From: an uncultured Haloferula sp.
GTDB lineage: Bacteria; Verrucomicrobiota; Verrucomicrobiia; Verrucomicrobiales; Akkermansiaceae
Assembly (NCBI GenBank): GCA_965652295.1
Contig: CBFGTS010000015.1
Span: 1-64,000, forward strand
Reading direction: 5' to 3'
DNA length: 64,000 nucleotides
Shown here: positions 17,683-26,978 of the stretch, piece after piece
Position numbering within the stretch: the first letter of the stretch is position 1
Layout: every line of letters begins with the position of its first letter
Notes under the pieces: generated by a model
The model's input: only the letters and a program-made list of their open reading frames with translations
Told to the model about the DNA's origin: nothing
The model's database searches: none
Translations under genes and position numbers: made by a program

Positions 17683-19347
17683 TCAGGCGTAGATCTTGTC
17701 GTAGTATTCGGCCGCCATCCGGTCGGAACCGAAGTAGGGCAGCACGTCATCCATGCTCTTCTTCGCCATCGCCCACCACTCGTTGGGGGCGTCGTAGTAG
17801 AGCGGCAGGATCCGCTCGCGCAGCGCGCTGTGGAGGCCTTCGAGGTCGTGGCGGTCGCGCTCCTCGGGCGGAAGCTCGGGGACCGCGGGCGGCACGATGA
17901 ACGAGTTCACGCCGTCCTCGGCGAATTCACAGACCCATCCGTCGTAGGTCGAGAGGTTGATCGACGCGTTCATGGCGGCGGTCATGCCCGAGGTGCCGGA
18001 GGCTTCGCGGGTGACGATCGGATTGTTCAGCCAGATGTCGGAGCCCAGCTTGAGCGCGCGCGAAAGCTCAAGTTCGTAGCCGACGAGCACGGCCACGTTC
18101 GGCAGATCCGAGGTGAGCCGGATGAGGTGGTTGAAGGTCTCGATCGCACCGTAGTCGAAGGGGAAGGGTTTCCCCGCCCAGATGATCTGCACCGGGCGGT
18201 CCGAATCGTTGATCAAAGCCTGGAACATCTTCGCGTCGCGCGTGATCAGGTCAGCCCGCTTGTAGCCGGCGAAGCGGCGGGCCCAGACGATCGTCAGGAT
18301 GTCGCGGTTGAAGAGCTTGCCGGTCTGGTCAGCCACGATGCGGAACAAGCTGTCCTTCAGCTCGTGCTTACGGTCTCGGAGGAAATCCAGGTCGTTGCTT
18401 TCCCGGGCGCGCTCCAGCCCCCGGTCCTTCCAGTAGCGGGCGTTCTGCGCGTTGGTGACGTGGGTGATCGGGCAGATGCCCTCGTGAGCCTCCCACAGGT
18501 GACGCGAGACTTCGCCGTGGAGCTTGGAAACGCCGTTGGCGATGTGGCTGAGGCGCAGCGCGGCGAGCGAATGGCTGAAGACATCGTCTCGCAGATCCAC
18601 GGCCTTGCGCACCGTTTCCTCATCGAGGCCGCCGAAGAAGCTGGCGTGCATGAGGTGCTGGAAACTGTGCTTCTCGTTGCCCGCCTCCTCCGGCGTGTGG
18701 GTGGTGAAAACAAAGCGCTTCTTCACCTCCTCGACGTCGCCCTCGTGCTTCTCCAGCACCCGGAAAGCGGCGGAAAGCGCGTGGGCTTCATTGAGATGCC
18801 AGATCTCGGGATCCACCCCGAGTTCTTCCAACAGGCGCGCGCCGCCGGCTCCGAGCACCGTGTATTGCGCCACCCGGCGGCCGGGATCGTTGTCGTAAAG
18901 CCGCTGGGTGATCTGGCGGTCGTCGGGCTCGTTTTCCTCCAGGTCGGTGGTCAGGAAGAACATCGGCACCGTGCCGAAAACCTCCGAGGGCAGGAACTTC
19001 GCGCCGATCCAGACGGGTTTGCCGTAGATCGGGATCTGGAACCGGATCCCGGTATCCTGAAGGAACGCGTATTCCTTGCGGCGGAACTGGACCGCCATTT
19101 CGCGGCCTTCGCCGCGGGTCTGATTGTAGTAGCCGCAGGTCCAGACGATGCCGATCCCGCAAAAGTTCTGCTTCAGCGCGGCGGCCGAACGCATGTGCGA
19201 GCCAGCGAGGAAACCGAGGCCGCCGGAGTAGATCTTGAAGGACTGGTCGATCGCGAACTCGCAACAGAAGTAGACCGCGCTTTTCGAGTATTTCGGGTCG
19301 ATCTCGTAGGGATGCGCGTAGGGCTCGGGGAGAAACGAAGTGGCCAT
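17683..19347 (-). CDS. glgP: Alpha-glucan (glycogen/starch) phosphorylase, short form
   Basis: YSGGLGFLAG, HLNEAH, FTTHTP, ARRFAGYKR, EASGTSGM. Confidence 0.93.
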   Translation of the reverse strand: MATSFLPEPYAHPYEIDPKYSKSAVYFCCEFAIDQSFKIYSGGLGFLAGSHMRSAAALKQNFCGIGIVWTCGYYNQTRGEGREMAVQFRRKEYAFLQDTGIRFQIPIYGKPVWIGAKFLPSEVFGTVPMFFLTTDLEENEPDDRQITQRLYDNDPGRRVAQYTVLGAGGARLLEELGVDPEIWHLNEAHALSAAFRVLEKHEGDVEEVKKRFVFTTHTPEEAGNEKHSFQHLMHASFFGGLDEETVRKAVDLRDDVFSHSLAALRLSHIANGVSKLHGEVSRHLWEAHEGICPITHVTNAQNARYWKDRGLERARESNDLDFLRDRKHELKDSLFRIVADQTGKLFNRDILTIVWARRFAGYKRADLITRDAKMFQALINDSDRPVQIIWAGKPFPFDYGAIETFNHLIRLTSDLPNVAVLVGYELELSRALKLGSDIWLNNPIVTREASGTSGMTAAMNASINLSTYDGWVCEFAEDGVNSFIVPPAVPELPPEERDRHDLEGLHSALRERILPLYYDAPNEWWAMAKKSMDDVLPYFGSDRMAAEYYDKIYA

Positions 19348-19636
19348 GGGTGATGTCGGTTCTGAAAGTGGGTGAATCCGCCGGTTTGGACGGGTGGGTG
19401 GGGACGACGCTCCTTGCTCGGGGGGCGGGGACTACCGGTGGAGCATCGGGCCCGGGTTGTCGAGTCAGTCGGACGGCATGCACGCAGGGTGCCGTGCGCG
19501 GGAAAAAAACGTGCCCGCTCCGAGGTGCCATATCTTGAGTTTCCGAAAATATTTTCGCCCAGCTTCCCGAGCTTGCCAGAGCCTTGTGGTAGCAGCATCC
19601 ACCTCCTCCGCTCCCGAGAGGACAGGCCTCCACGAA

Positions 19637-19684
19637 AATCAATATATAGTAGCACGCCGGGAAACTAGCCACAATATGTTTGAT
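19637..19684 (+). promoter_or_regulatory. Tandem NrdR boxes
   Basis: AATCAATATATAGTAG (19637) and CCACAATATGTTTGAT (19669), 32 bp apart, resemble acaCwAtATaTwGtg; directly upstream of nrdG-nrdD. Confidence 0.78.
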
Positions 19685-19718
19685 TCCAGTCAGAGAATAT
19701 GCGGAGATCATCGGCGCT

Positions 19719-20219
19719 GTGTCTGACTCCCTTCGCTACGCCGCCCACACTGTCGGGACCTTGGAAGTGCCCGATGAAGTCGCCTTGGTTTATACCATTT
19801 CCGGCTGCCCGCTCCGCTGTGCTGGCTGCCATTCCGCAGATTTACGGAATGCGGACCGCGGCGAAGTGCTCGATGTCCCGAAGCTCTCCGACACGCTCCG
19901 CCGTTACCGCGGACTGGCGACCTGCGTGTGCTTCCTGGGCGGCGAGTGGCAGCCGGAGGCTCTGATCGCCTTGCTTCAGGAAGTCCGCCGCCACGGCCTC
20001 GCCACCTGCCTCTACACCGGACGCACGTCGGTGGAGGACCGGATCGCCGTCGAGCTCGACTACGTGAAGCTCGGCCCGTGGATCGCCACCTTGGGTGGGC
20101 TCGACAGCCCGACGACCAACCAGCGTTTCCTCGACCTCCGGAGTGGCTGCGATCTGACGCCCCGCTTCCGCCATTTCGAGGAAGCGCGGAACCGCCAAGC
20201 GCTCCTCAGCGCGGCCTGA
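19719..20219 (+). CDS. nrdG: Anaerobic ribonucleotide reductase activating radical-SAM protein
   Basis: EVPDEVAL, CPLRCAGCHS, GGL.SPTTNQR; start uncertain (GTG 19719 chosen, ORF open from 19680). Confidence 0.92.
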   Translation: MSDSLRYAAHTVGTLEVPDEVALVYTISGCPLRCAGCHSADLRNADRGEVLDVPKLSDTLRRYRGLATCVCFLGGEWQPEALIALLQEVRRHGLATCLYTGRTSVEDRIAVELDYVKLGPWIATLGGLDSPTTNQRFLDLRSGCDLTPRFRHFEEARNRQALLSAA

Positions 20220-20257
20220 GCGTCCCCGCCGCAACCCCTTTTCCACCCACCACACCT

Positions 20258-22027
20258 ATGTCCATGCAACGCCAACTCGATTTCATCGACCGCTACATCG
20301 CCGCCCGCAACTCCGCCGACGGCAGCCTCGTCGATGCCAATGCCAACGTCTCCTCGAAGAACGCCGCTGTGCTTTCCGCCGAGATCCACAAGCAGGAGAA
20401 CATCCGCATCCACCGCGCGCTCATGACCCGCAAGCTGGAGGCGCTGTTCGACCGCGAAACCGCGGAAACCTACCTGCGCCAGCTCGAAAGCCACGAGATC
20501 TACACCCACGACGAGACCGCGCCCTTCATGCCCTACTGCGCCAGCGTCAGCCTCTACCCGCTGTTGCGCGAGGGGCTCGTGCCGCTCGGCGGCGAAAGCA
20601 AGGCACCGAAGCATCTCGCCTCCTTCTGCGGCAGCTTCATCAACTACGTCTTCGCCGTTTCCGCCAACCTCGCCGGAGCCTGCGCCACGGTCGAGTTCCT
20701 CAACTGCTTCGACCACTTCGCCCGCAAGGACTACGGCGAGAATTACCTCGTCGATCATGAACGGGCGATCGCCAACCACCTCCAGCACGTCGTCTACGCG
20801 CTCAACCAGCCCGCCGCCGCACGCAGCTACCAGAGCGTGTTCTGGAACATCTCGATCTTCGACGAGCACTACTTCGAGGGCATGTTCGGTGACTTCGTTT
20901 TCCCCGACGGCGACCGCTCGTGCTGGGAAAGCGTGCAACGCCTCCAAGCCTACTTCATGCGCTGGTTCAACGGCGAGCGCGAGAAGACCCTGCTCACCTT
21001 CCCCGTCGTCACCGCCGCGCTGGTCCACGACCGGGAGGAGCCGCGGGACGCGTCGTTCGCCGACATGCTCGCCGATGAACTCTCGCGCGGAAACTCGTTC
21101 TTCATCTACTCCAGCGACAGCGTCGACTCGCTTTCCTCATGCTGCCGGTTGCGCAACGCGCTCGATGGCGACAACGATTTCTCCTTCTCGCTGGGTGCCG
21201 GCGGCGTGATGACCGGCTCGATGCAGGTCATGACGATCAACTTCAACCGCCTCGTCCAGGACGGCCGCGACCTGGCGGAGCAGGTGAAATTGCTCCACCG
21301 CTACCTCGTTGCCCGCCGCGAGATCGTTCTTGAGTTCGATCGCGCCGGCCTGCTGCCGATCTACACCGCGAACTGCATCACCACCGAAAAGCAGTACCTC
21401 ACCATCGGCGTCAACGGCATGGTCGAGGCCGCGGAGTTCCTTGATCTGGACCCCTCGAACAACGAAGCCTACATCGAATGGGTTTCGGAAAACCTGAAGA
21501 CCATCAACCTCCTCAACCGCCAGGCGTCCAAGGACTACGGCGCCCGCTTCAACACCGAGTTCGTCCCCGCGGAAAACCTCGGCGTCAAGTTCGCCCGCTG
21601 GGACCGCGAGGCCGGCTACCGCGTGCCGCGCGATTGCTACAATTCGTATTTCTATCCCGTCGAGCGCGAGGATGTGAACGTCCTCGACAAGCTCATCCTC
21701 CATGGCGAGCGGGTGACCCAGTACCTGGACGGTGGCTCGGCGCTCCACCTGAACCTGGAAAGCTACGCCACCAAGGAATCCTTCGCCAAGCTCATCCGCG
21801 CGGCGATCCGCACCGGCTGCAACTATTTCTGCACCAACGTCCGGGTCACCTGCTGCAACGACTGCGGCAAGATCGACAAGCTCACCCGCGACCACTGCCA
21901 CCACTGCGGATCGAAGAACGTCGACCATGCCACGCGCATCATCGGCTACCTCAAGCGGGTCTCCAGCTGGTCCAGCGACCGCCAGCAGGAGCACGACCGG
22001 CGGGCGTACCACGTGAACGGTGCCTGA
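20258..22027 (+). CDS. nrdD: Class III anaerobic ribonucleoside-triphosphate reductase (no ATP cone)
   Basis: YTHDE, TFPV, SSCCRL, EFVPAENL, LDGGSALH, CNDC...CHHC, glycyl-radical motif RIIGYL. Confidence 0.95.
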   Translation: MSMQRQLDFIDRYIAARNSADGSLVDANANVSSKNAAVLSAEIHKQENIRIHRALMTRKLEALFDRETAETYLRQLESHEIYTHDETAPFMPYCASVSLYPLLREGLVPLGGESKAPKHLASFCGSFINYVFAVSANLAGACATVEFLNCFDHFARKDYGENYLVDHERAIANHLQHVVYALNQPAAARSYQSVFWNISIFDEHYFEGMFGDFVFPDGDRSCWESVQRLQAYFMRWFNGEREKTLLTFPVVTAALVHDREEPRDASFADMLADELSRGNSFFIYSSDSVDSLSSCCRLRNALDGDNDFSFSLGAGGVMTGSMQVMTINFNRLVQDGRDLAEQVKLLHRYLVARREIVLEFDRAGLLPIYTANCITTEKQYLTIGVNGMVEAAEFLDLDPSNNEAYIEWVSENLKTINLLNRQASKDYGARFNTEFVPAENLGVKFARWDREAGYRVPRDCYNSYFYPVEREDVNVLDKLILHGERVTQYLDGGSALHLNLESYATKESFAKLIRAAIRTGCNYFCTNVRVTCCNDCGKIDKLTRDHCHHCGSKNVDHATRIIGYLKRVSSWSSDRQQEHDRRAYHVNGA

Positions 22028-22056
22028 GCGGGTAATCTCCGCCCTTTCCCCCTCAC

Positions 22057-22092
22057 AAAAAAAGCCGTCCCTCGGGGGACGGCCTTCGTTTT
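22057..22092. terminator. Intrinsic terminator between convergent nrdD and ssb, probably bidirectional
   Basis: A7-GCCGTCCC-TCGG-GGGACGGC-CTTCGTTTT. Confidence 0.8.
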
Positions 22093-22110
22093 GAAAATTC
22101 GGCGTTCGGT

Positions 22111-22569
22111 TCAGAACGGGATCTCGTCGCCCTCGTCCTCGTAATCGTCGGGCGGGCCGGCCGAACCTCCTTGCGGCGGACCGCCGGAGGACGGGCCTTC
22201 CGCGGAGCGAGCCCCGCCACCACCGGAGCCGCCACGGGCGTCCGGCAGGAACTGGACGGTTTCGCCCACAACCTTGAGCTTGCTGCGCTTCTGTCCGCTT
22301 TGCTTGTCCTCCCAGGTGTCGAGCTGCAGGCGGCCTTCGATGAAGACGCCGCGCCCCTTGGTGAGATACTTCTGCGAGTTTTCCGCGGTATTGCCCCAGA
22401 CGGTGACGTCGACGAAGGTCGTCTCGTCACTCCAATTCCCCGAGCCATCGGACACGCGGCGGTTCACGGCGATCGAAAGATCGGCAACCGCGGTGCCCTT
22501 CGGCGTGTAACGCAGCTCGGGATCGCGGGTCAGATTGCCCAGCAGAAGAACTTTGTTGAGATTGGCCAT
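22111..22569 (-). CDS. ssb: Single-stranded DNA-binding protein
   Basis: NKVLLLGNLTRDPELRYTP; C-terminal DEIPF. Confidence 0.97.
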   Translation of the reverse strand: MANLNKVLLLGNLTRDPELRYTPKGTAVADLSIAVNRRVSDGSGNWSDETTFVDVTVWGNTAENSQKYLTKGRGVFIEGRLQLDTWEDKQSGQKRSKLKVVGETVQFLPDARGGSGGGGARSAEGPSSGGPPQGGSAGPPDDYEDEGDEIPF

Positions 22570-22639
22570 GGCGGTCTGGAGCTTGGGCGGACCGGAGCCC
22601 GCCCGTCAAGAAAACTGTTCCCGTGAACAGAACCGGACC

Positions 22640-22924
22640 TCAGCGTGCCTGGTAGTGCTGAAGCTGGACCTGCGGGTTGAGCTTCAGGCGCTTCTGGATC
22701 GCATCGATCGCGCTCGGAGCCGCGGAGAAGTGGTAGTTCACGTAATGACCGCTTTCGGCGTGCTTCTGCGGGTAGGCGAACTGGCGGCGGCCGATCGGCT
22801 TCACTTCCTCGAGCTTGGCGCCCTCGGCTTCGATTTCCTTGCCGATCGACTGGACGAGGTCCTCGACACTGCTGTCGATGCCCTTCGTGTTAAGAATGAT
22901 CAGGCCTTCGTAGTTCCGGCTCAT
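22640..22924 (-). CDS. rpsF: 30S ribosomal protein S6
   Basis: MSRNYEGLIIL, GRRQFAYP, GHY; 94 aa, upstream of ssb. Confidence 0.93.
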   Translation of the reverse strand: MSRNYEGLIILNTKGIDSSVEDLVQSIGKEIEAEGAKLEEVKPIGRRQFAYPQKHAESGHYVNYHFSAAPSAIDAIQKRLKLNPQVQLQHYQAR

Positions 22925-23510
22925 GGTCTTGTGTCTGGGATGGAGGAGAGGTGGTGTTGTAGCGGTTCGCGGCGACCGCGAACCCTTGGGAACGCGCAAG
23001 CTGAATGGCCGCCACCGCGCTTGCAAGCGTGTTTTCGAGCACGTCCCGCTCCTCTTCACGGAAGGTTCCGAGCACGTGCCCGGTCATGTTTCCCGGCTGC
23101 GCCGAGCCGATTCCGACCTTGAGCCGTGGAAACGCTTCGCCTCCCAGATGCTCGATGAGCGAACGGATCCCGTTATGCCCCCCGGCGCTGCCTTTCTCCC
23201 GCATCCGCAGCCGTCCGAGCGGCAACGCGGCGTCATCGTACACCACCAGCACCTGTTCCGGGCTCCATTTGTGAAACGACGCCACCTGCCGGACACAGCG
23301 GCCGCTCAGGTTCATGAAGGTCTGCGGCTTCAGCAGCAGCGAGCCATCCGGCAGCTTGGCCACGTGCGCCTGCCACTTCGGCTTCGATTCGAAGGTCGCC
23401 CCGGCCTCCGCCGCGAGCCGGTCGAGGATCATGAAGCCCACGTTGTGGCGGGTGTTCTCATACTGCCGGCCGGGATTGCCGAGGCCGACGATCAGGGGAA
23501 AGGACGTCAC
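22890..23510 (-). CDS. pth: Peptidyl-tRNA hydrolase
   Basis: GLGNPG, TRHNVGF, KPQTFMNLSG, GGHNG. Confidence 0.96.
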   Translation of the reverse strand: MTSFPLIVGLGNPGRQYENTRHNVGFMILDRLAAEAGATFESKPKWQAHVAKLPDGSLLLKPQTFMNLSGRCVRQVASFHKWSPEQVLVVYDDAALPLGRLRMREKGSAGGHNGIRSLIEHLGGEAFPRLKVGIGSAQPGNMTGHVLGTFREEERDVLENTLASAVAAIQLARSQGFAVAANRYNTTSPPSQTQDHEPELRRPDHS

Positions 23511-23537
23511 GGAGGAGATCTACGATGGAAGAGTTAC

Positions 23538-23653
23538 GATTGCCGATTGCCGAATCGCGGCACCAAGGGCTGCCTTCCCCATCGAAAAGCTTCAATCCCC
23601 AATCCCCAATCCCCAATCCCCAATCCCCAATCGGAAATCGGAAATCGGAAATC
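23538..23653. repeat. Heptamer tandem repeats (GATTGCC x2; AATCCCC x5; AATCGGA x3)
   Basis: Read directly between rplY and pth. Confidence 0.9.
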
Positions 23654-23716
23654 AAAACGCCCGCCCTGCCACAGAGGGCGGGACGGGCGGGAAGAGAATC
23701 GGTTTCCCGGAAAAGA

Positions 23717-24331
23717 TCAGGCGGTGGCGACTTCCGCTTCCGCTCCGGCTTCGGCACCTTCGCTGACCGCGGCGGCGGACTTGCCGACGTGGGCGATCAC
23801 GACTTCCGGCGTGTAGGCCGGGGTGACGCCTTCGGGGAATTTCACGTCGCCGATGTGGAGCGATTCGCCCTCACCGAGGCCGGTCACGTCGAACTCGAGG
23901 AGTTCCGGCAGGTTGGTGGCGGCGCAATGGATGTCCAGGGTGTGCAGCATCTGCTCGAGCAGGCCGCCCGCCTTCACGCCGGCGGCTTCACCGATGAGGT
24001 GGACCGGCACGTGCGCGGTGATCTGGGTCTTCTCATTGACCGCCAGGAAGTCGGCGTGCAGCGGGTCGCCGCTCAACGGCTCGTGCTGGATGCTCTGGAG
24101 GAAGGCCAGACGGGAGCCTTCGCCGGCGATTTCGAGGTTGATGAGGAGGTTCTCCGATTCGCTTTCGCGGAGGAGTTCGCCAAAGGCCTTGGAATCGACC
24201 TTGAGGTTGATCGGATCGGTTCCCTTGCCGTAGATCACGGAGGGCAACCAGCCCTCGCGACGCATTTGCTTGAGGAGACCGGAGCCGGTGCGGGCACGCA
24301 GTTCGGCTTTGAGAGAGTGCTTCTTGGCCAT
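23717..24331 (-). CDS. rplY: 50S ribosomal protein L25/Ctc
   Basis: RREGWLPSVIYG, HADF, GVKAGG, upstream of pth; start at MAKKHSL. Confidence 0.96.
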   Translation of the reverse strand: MAKKHSLKAELRARTGSGLLKQMRREGWLPSVIYGKGTDPINLKVDSKAFGELLRESESENLLINLEIAGEGSRLAFLQSIQHEPLSGDPLHADFLAVNEKTQITAHVPVHLIGEAAGVKAGGLLEQMLHTLDIHCAATNLPELLEFDVTGLGEGESLHIGDVKFPEGVTPAYTPEVVIAHVGKSAAAVSEGAEAGAEAEVATA

Positions 24332-24389
24332 GACAGAAATGAACGGTTGGTGGTGGATTTGCCACCGGTTTCCAACCGGCGGGGCGCGC

Positions 24390-24418
24390 GAGATAGCGGG
24401 CGCGGCAGGAAATGTCAA
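24390..24418 (-). promoter_or_regulatory. Candidate sigma70 promoter of rplY
   Basis: Minus strand TTGACA-N17-TATCTC about 60 nt upstream of the start. Confidence 0.55.
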
Positions 24419-24525
24419 AATTTTGTTGCAGGTGGCGGCTGGGGCGGCTGGGCGTGGGACATTTGGGAGAGCGGTGTCTCCCAACTTCCATTCTTCATAA
24501 TGACGCATGCCCGATGAATCCCTCG

Positions 24526-25190
24526 AAGGACAGTGCCTTTAAGGATTGGCGGGAGATCCCTTCTTCGCCCCGGCAGGGGCATCCGAAACCGCCCGCCATG
24601 CCCTCGACCCACCTCTCGCTCCATTTCCATATCGTTTTCTCAACGAAACACCGCGAAGCCCGCATCGCCGCTGAATGGCGCGACCGCCTCCACGCCTACC
24701 TCGGGGGCGTGACGCGGAATTCGGGAGCCATCCCGGAGATTGTCGGCGGCGTAGCCGATCACGTCCACCTTCTCCTCGGCCTGACCGCGACTGCGCGTCT
24801 CGCCGATGTGGTTCGCGACATCAAGGCGGTTTCCTCAAAGTGGGTGCATGAGGAGCCGGGGGATCGCGGCTTTGCGTGGCAGGAAGGCTATGGCGCGTTC
24901 ACTGTCAGTCCGTCCCATCGCGAAACCGTCCGCAGTTACGTCGCCCACCAAGAGGAGCATCACCGGAAACGGACGTTCCAAGAAGAATATCTGGAACTCC
25001 TGCATCGGTGCAGCGTCGATTTTGACGAACGCTATCTGTGGTAACTCGCACCCTTCCGCCGCCCTTCCAGGGCGGAATGATTCTTTCCCGGGTTCCGGTG
25101 GCTCGCGCCACCGGCTAATCTCCGCGATCCCTGCCGGGACCAAGAAGCGCTCCTGGGGGATCGAATCCTGAAAGGCATTGCCCTGAAGGG
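24526..25190 (+). mobile_element. IS200/RAYT-like Y1 element with hairpin-rich flanks
   Basis: tnpA flanked by palindromes (24567-24580, 25059-25075, 25095-25114, 25128-25139) and an 18/22 outer inverted repeat; ends are approximate. Confidence 0.6.
24598..25044 (+). CDS. tnpA: IS200/IS605-family (Y1 HUH) transposase
   Basis: HIVFSTKHR, DHVHLL (HUH), FAWQEGYGAF, SYVAHQEEHH (catalytic Tyr); no tnpB. Confidence 0.92.
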   Translation: MPSTHLSLHFHIVFSTKHREARIAAEWRDRLHAYLGGVTRNSGAIPEIVGGVADHVHLLLGLTATARLADVVRDIKAVSSKWVHEEPGDRGFAWQEGYGAFTVSPSHRETVRSYVAHQEEHHRKRTFQEEYLELLHRCSVDFDERYLW

Positions 25191-25243
25191 AACTACCTAC
25201 AGATGTAGCGGACTCACGGGCCGGGGTCACGGCCGCTGCGCGG

Positions 25244-26644
25244 CTACCCCTTCCCAATCACAAACGCCTCGAACCCGTGCCGGGTCAGCGCATCGAGCGG
25301 CAGGATCGAGCGGCCGTCGAAAACGAAGGCGGGCTTGAACATGAGGGCGTGGATCTTTTCGAAATCGAGATCCCGGAACTCATCCCACTCGGTCAGCGCG
25401 ACCAGCGCGTGGGCCTGCTCGCAGGCGGCGTAGGGACTGTCCACGATCTCAACGCTTTGTTCGAAGAGCTCCGGACCGATGCCGACGTAGTCGAGATCGG
25501 CCCGAATGGTCGCGGCATCGACCTTGGGATCGTAGATGGCGAGATGCGCCCCTTCGAGCAGGAGATCCCGGCAGATGGCGATCGCGGCGGACTCACGGGT
25601 GTCGTTGGTGTCTTTTTTGAAAGCGAAGCCGAGGATGGCGATGCGCTTGCCGGTGACGGTGTTGAAAAGCGTGCGGACCATCTTTTCCACGAATCGGGAC
25701 TTCTGCCAGTCGTTGACGTGGATGACCTGACGCCAGTACTCGGCGACCTCGGGCAGGCCGAAGGTCTCGCAGAGGTAGGTCAGGTTCAGGACATCCTTTT
25801 GGAAACAGGAGCCGCCGAAACCGACGGAAGCCCTGAGGAACTTCGGGCCGATGCGGGAGTCGGCACCAATGGCGTTGGCCACCTCGTTGACGTCGGCACC
25901 GGTGGCTTCGCAGAGGGCGGAAATCGAGTTGATCGAGGAAATCCTCTGGGCGAGGAAGGCGTTGGCGACGAGCTTGGAAAGCTCAGACGACCACAGGTTG
26001 GTGGTGATGATCCGCTCACGCGGGACCCAGGTGGCGTAAATGGACGCGAGAGCTTCGACGGCGGCGGCTCCTTCCGGGGTGCTTTCACCGCCGATCAGGA
26101 TCCGGTCCGGCAGATTGAGGTCCTCGATGGCGGTGCCCTCGGCGAGGAACTCGGGGTTGGAAAGCACCTGAAAGCTCGCCTCGCTGCACGAATTGGCGGC
26201 CAGGATCGTCTTGATCGCCTCGGCGGTCTTCACCGGGATGGTCGATTTCTCGACGATGATCTTCGGCCCCTCGGCGACCTCGGCGATGAGGCGGGCGGCG
26301 GATTCGATGTAACGCAAGTCGGCCGCCCGACCGGCACCGATGCCCTGGGTCTTGGTCGGCGTGCCGACGGAGACGAAGACGAGGTCCGCAGCCTTGATGG
26401 CGGCCCTGGGGTCGGAGGTGAAATGGAGATTGCGGCCCCGCGCTTCCTTCACGACTTCGTCGAGACCGGGCTCATAGACGGGAAGCACGTCGGAGTTCCA
26501 AGCATCGATCCGGGCTTGGTTGAGATCGACCACCGTGACCTGGATGTCCGGGCACTTGGCGGCGATCATGGCCATCGTGGGGCCCCCAACGTAGCCGGCA
26601 CCGAGGCAGCAGATGTTTCTCACTTGGATGGGGGTCGCGGTCAT
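25244..26644 (-). CDS. ugd: UDP-glucose 6-dehydrogenase
   Basis: [45 protein letters not shown]. Confidence 0.95.
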   Translation of the reverse strand: MTATPIQVRNICCLGAGYVGGPTMAMIAAKCPDIQVTVVDLNQARIDAWNSDVLPVYEPGLDEVVKEARGRNLHFTSDPRAAIKAADLVFVSVGTPTKTQGIGAGRAADLRYIESAARLIAEVAEGPKIIVEKSTIPVKTAEAIKTILAANSCSEASFQVLSNPEFLAEGTAIEDLNLPDRILIGGESTPEGAAAVEALASIYATWVPRERIITTNLWSSELSKLVANAFLAQRISSINSISALCEATGADVNEVANAIGADSRIGPKFLRASVGFGGSCFQKDVLNLTYLCETFGLPEVAEYWRQVIHVNDWQKSRFVEKMVRTLFNTVTGKRIAILGFAFKKDTNDTRESAAIAICRDLLLEGAHLAIYDPKVDAATIRADLDYVGIGPELFEQSVEIVDSPYAACEQAHALVALTEWDEFRDLDFEKIHALMFKPAFVFDGRSILPLDALTRHGFEAFVIGKG

Positions 26645-26788
26645 GGAGGACGAGGGTGATGGCGTCTAACGAAGCAGAAGACTGCCGGAACAGAGCAAGC
26701 GACACGGCGGGCATCATTCAAGGATTTCCGCTCGGGTGAAGGAAACGTAACGTTTCCTGACGCTCAATAACGTTGGGACCAACAACCA

Positions 26789-26872
26789 AGGAGCGGCGGG
26801 CCCCGACCGCCGGGCAGGATCTTCGCCTCCCGCCTCACATCCCAAGTCCCTTCGAGTTCCCCGGCGGCTCGC
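26789..26872 (+). repeat. Family B interspersed repeat (GGAG hairpin plus conserved tail)
   Basis: AGGAGCGGCGGG....GACCGCCGG ... CATCCCAAGTCCCTTCGAGTTCCC; related copies at 31927 and 51409(-). Confidence 0.82.
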
Positions 26873-26978
26873 CTCCAGCCCTTTCAGTTCCGCTGGCGTG
26901 CCACCTGCGTCCGGACGCCGGGACCCATCATCCCATTCCTCCGGCGAAGCGGGTGCAAACCCGCTCTCCAAACCCGCC

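Noticed and set aside
19350..19718. Cobalamin or other riboswitch upstream of nrdG or glgP
   Set aside because: No B12-box or other conserved core could be recognised; only the NrdR-like boxes are supported.
19719..22569. Prophage remnant (nrdG, nrdD, ssb) or an intein/intron in nrdD
   Set aside because: ssb belongs to the rpsF operon; no integrase or structural genes; NrdD is compact and uninterrupted.
23458..23766. ORFs reading GDWGLGIG / PIPNPQS
   Set aside because: Translations of the heptamer array, not proteins.
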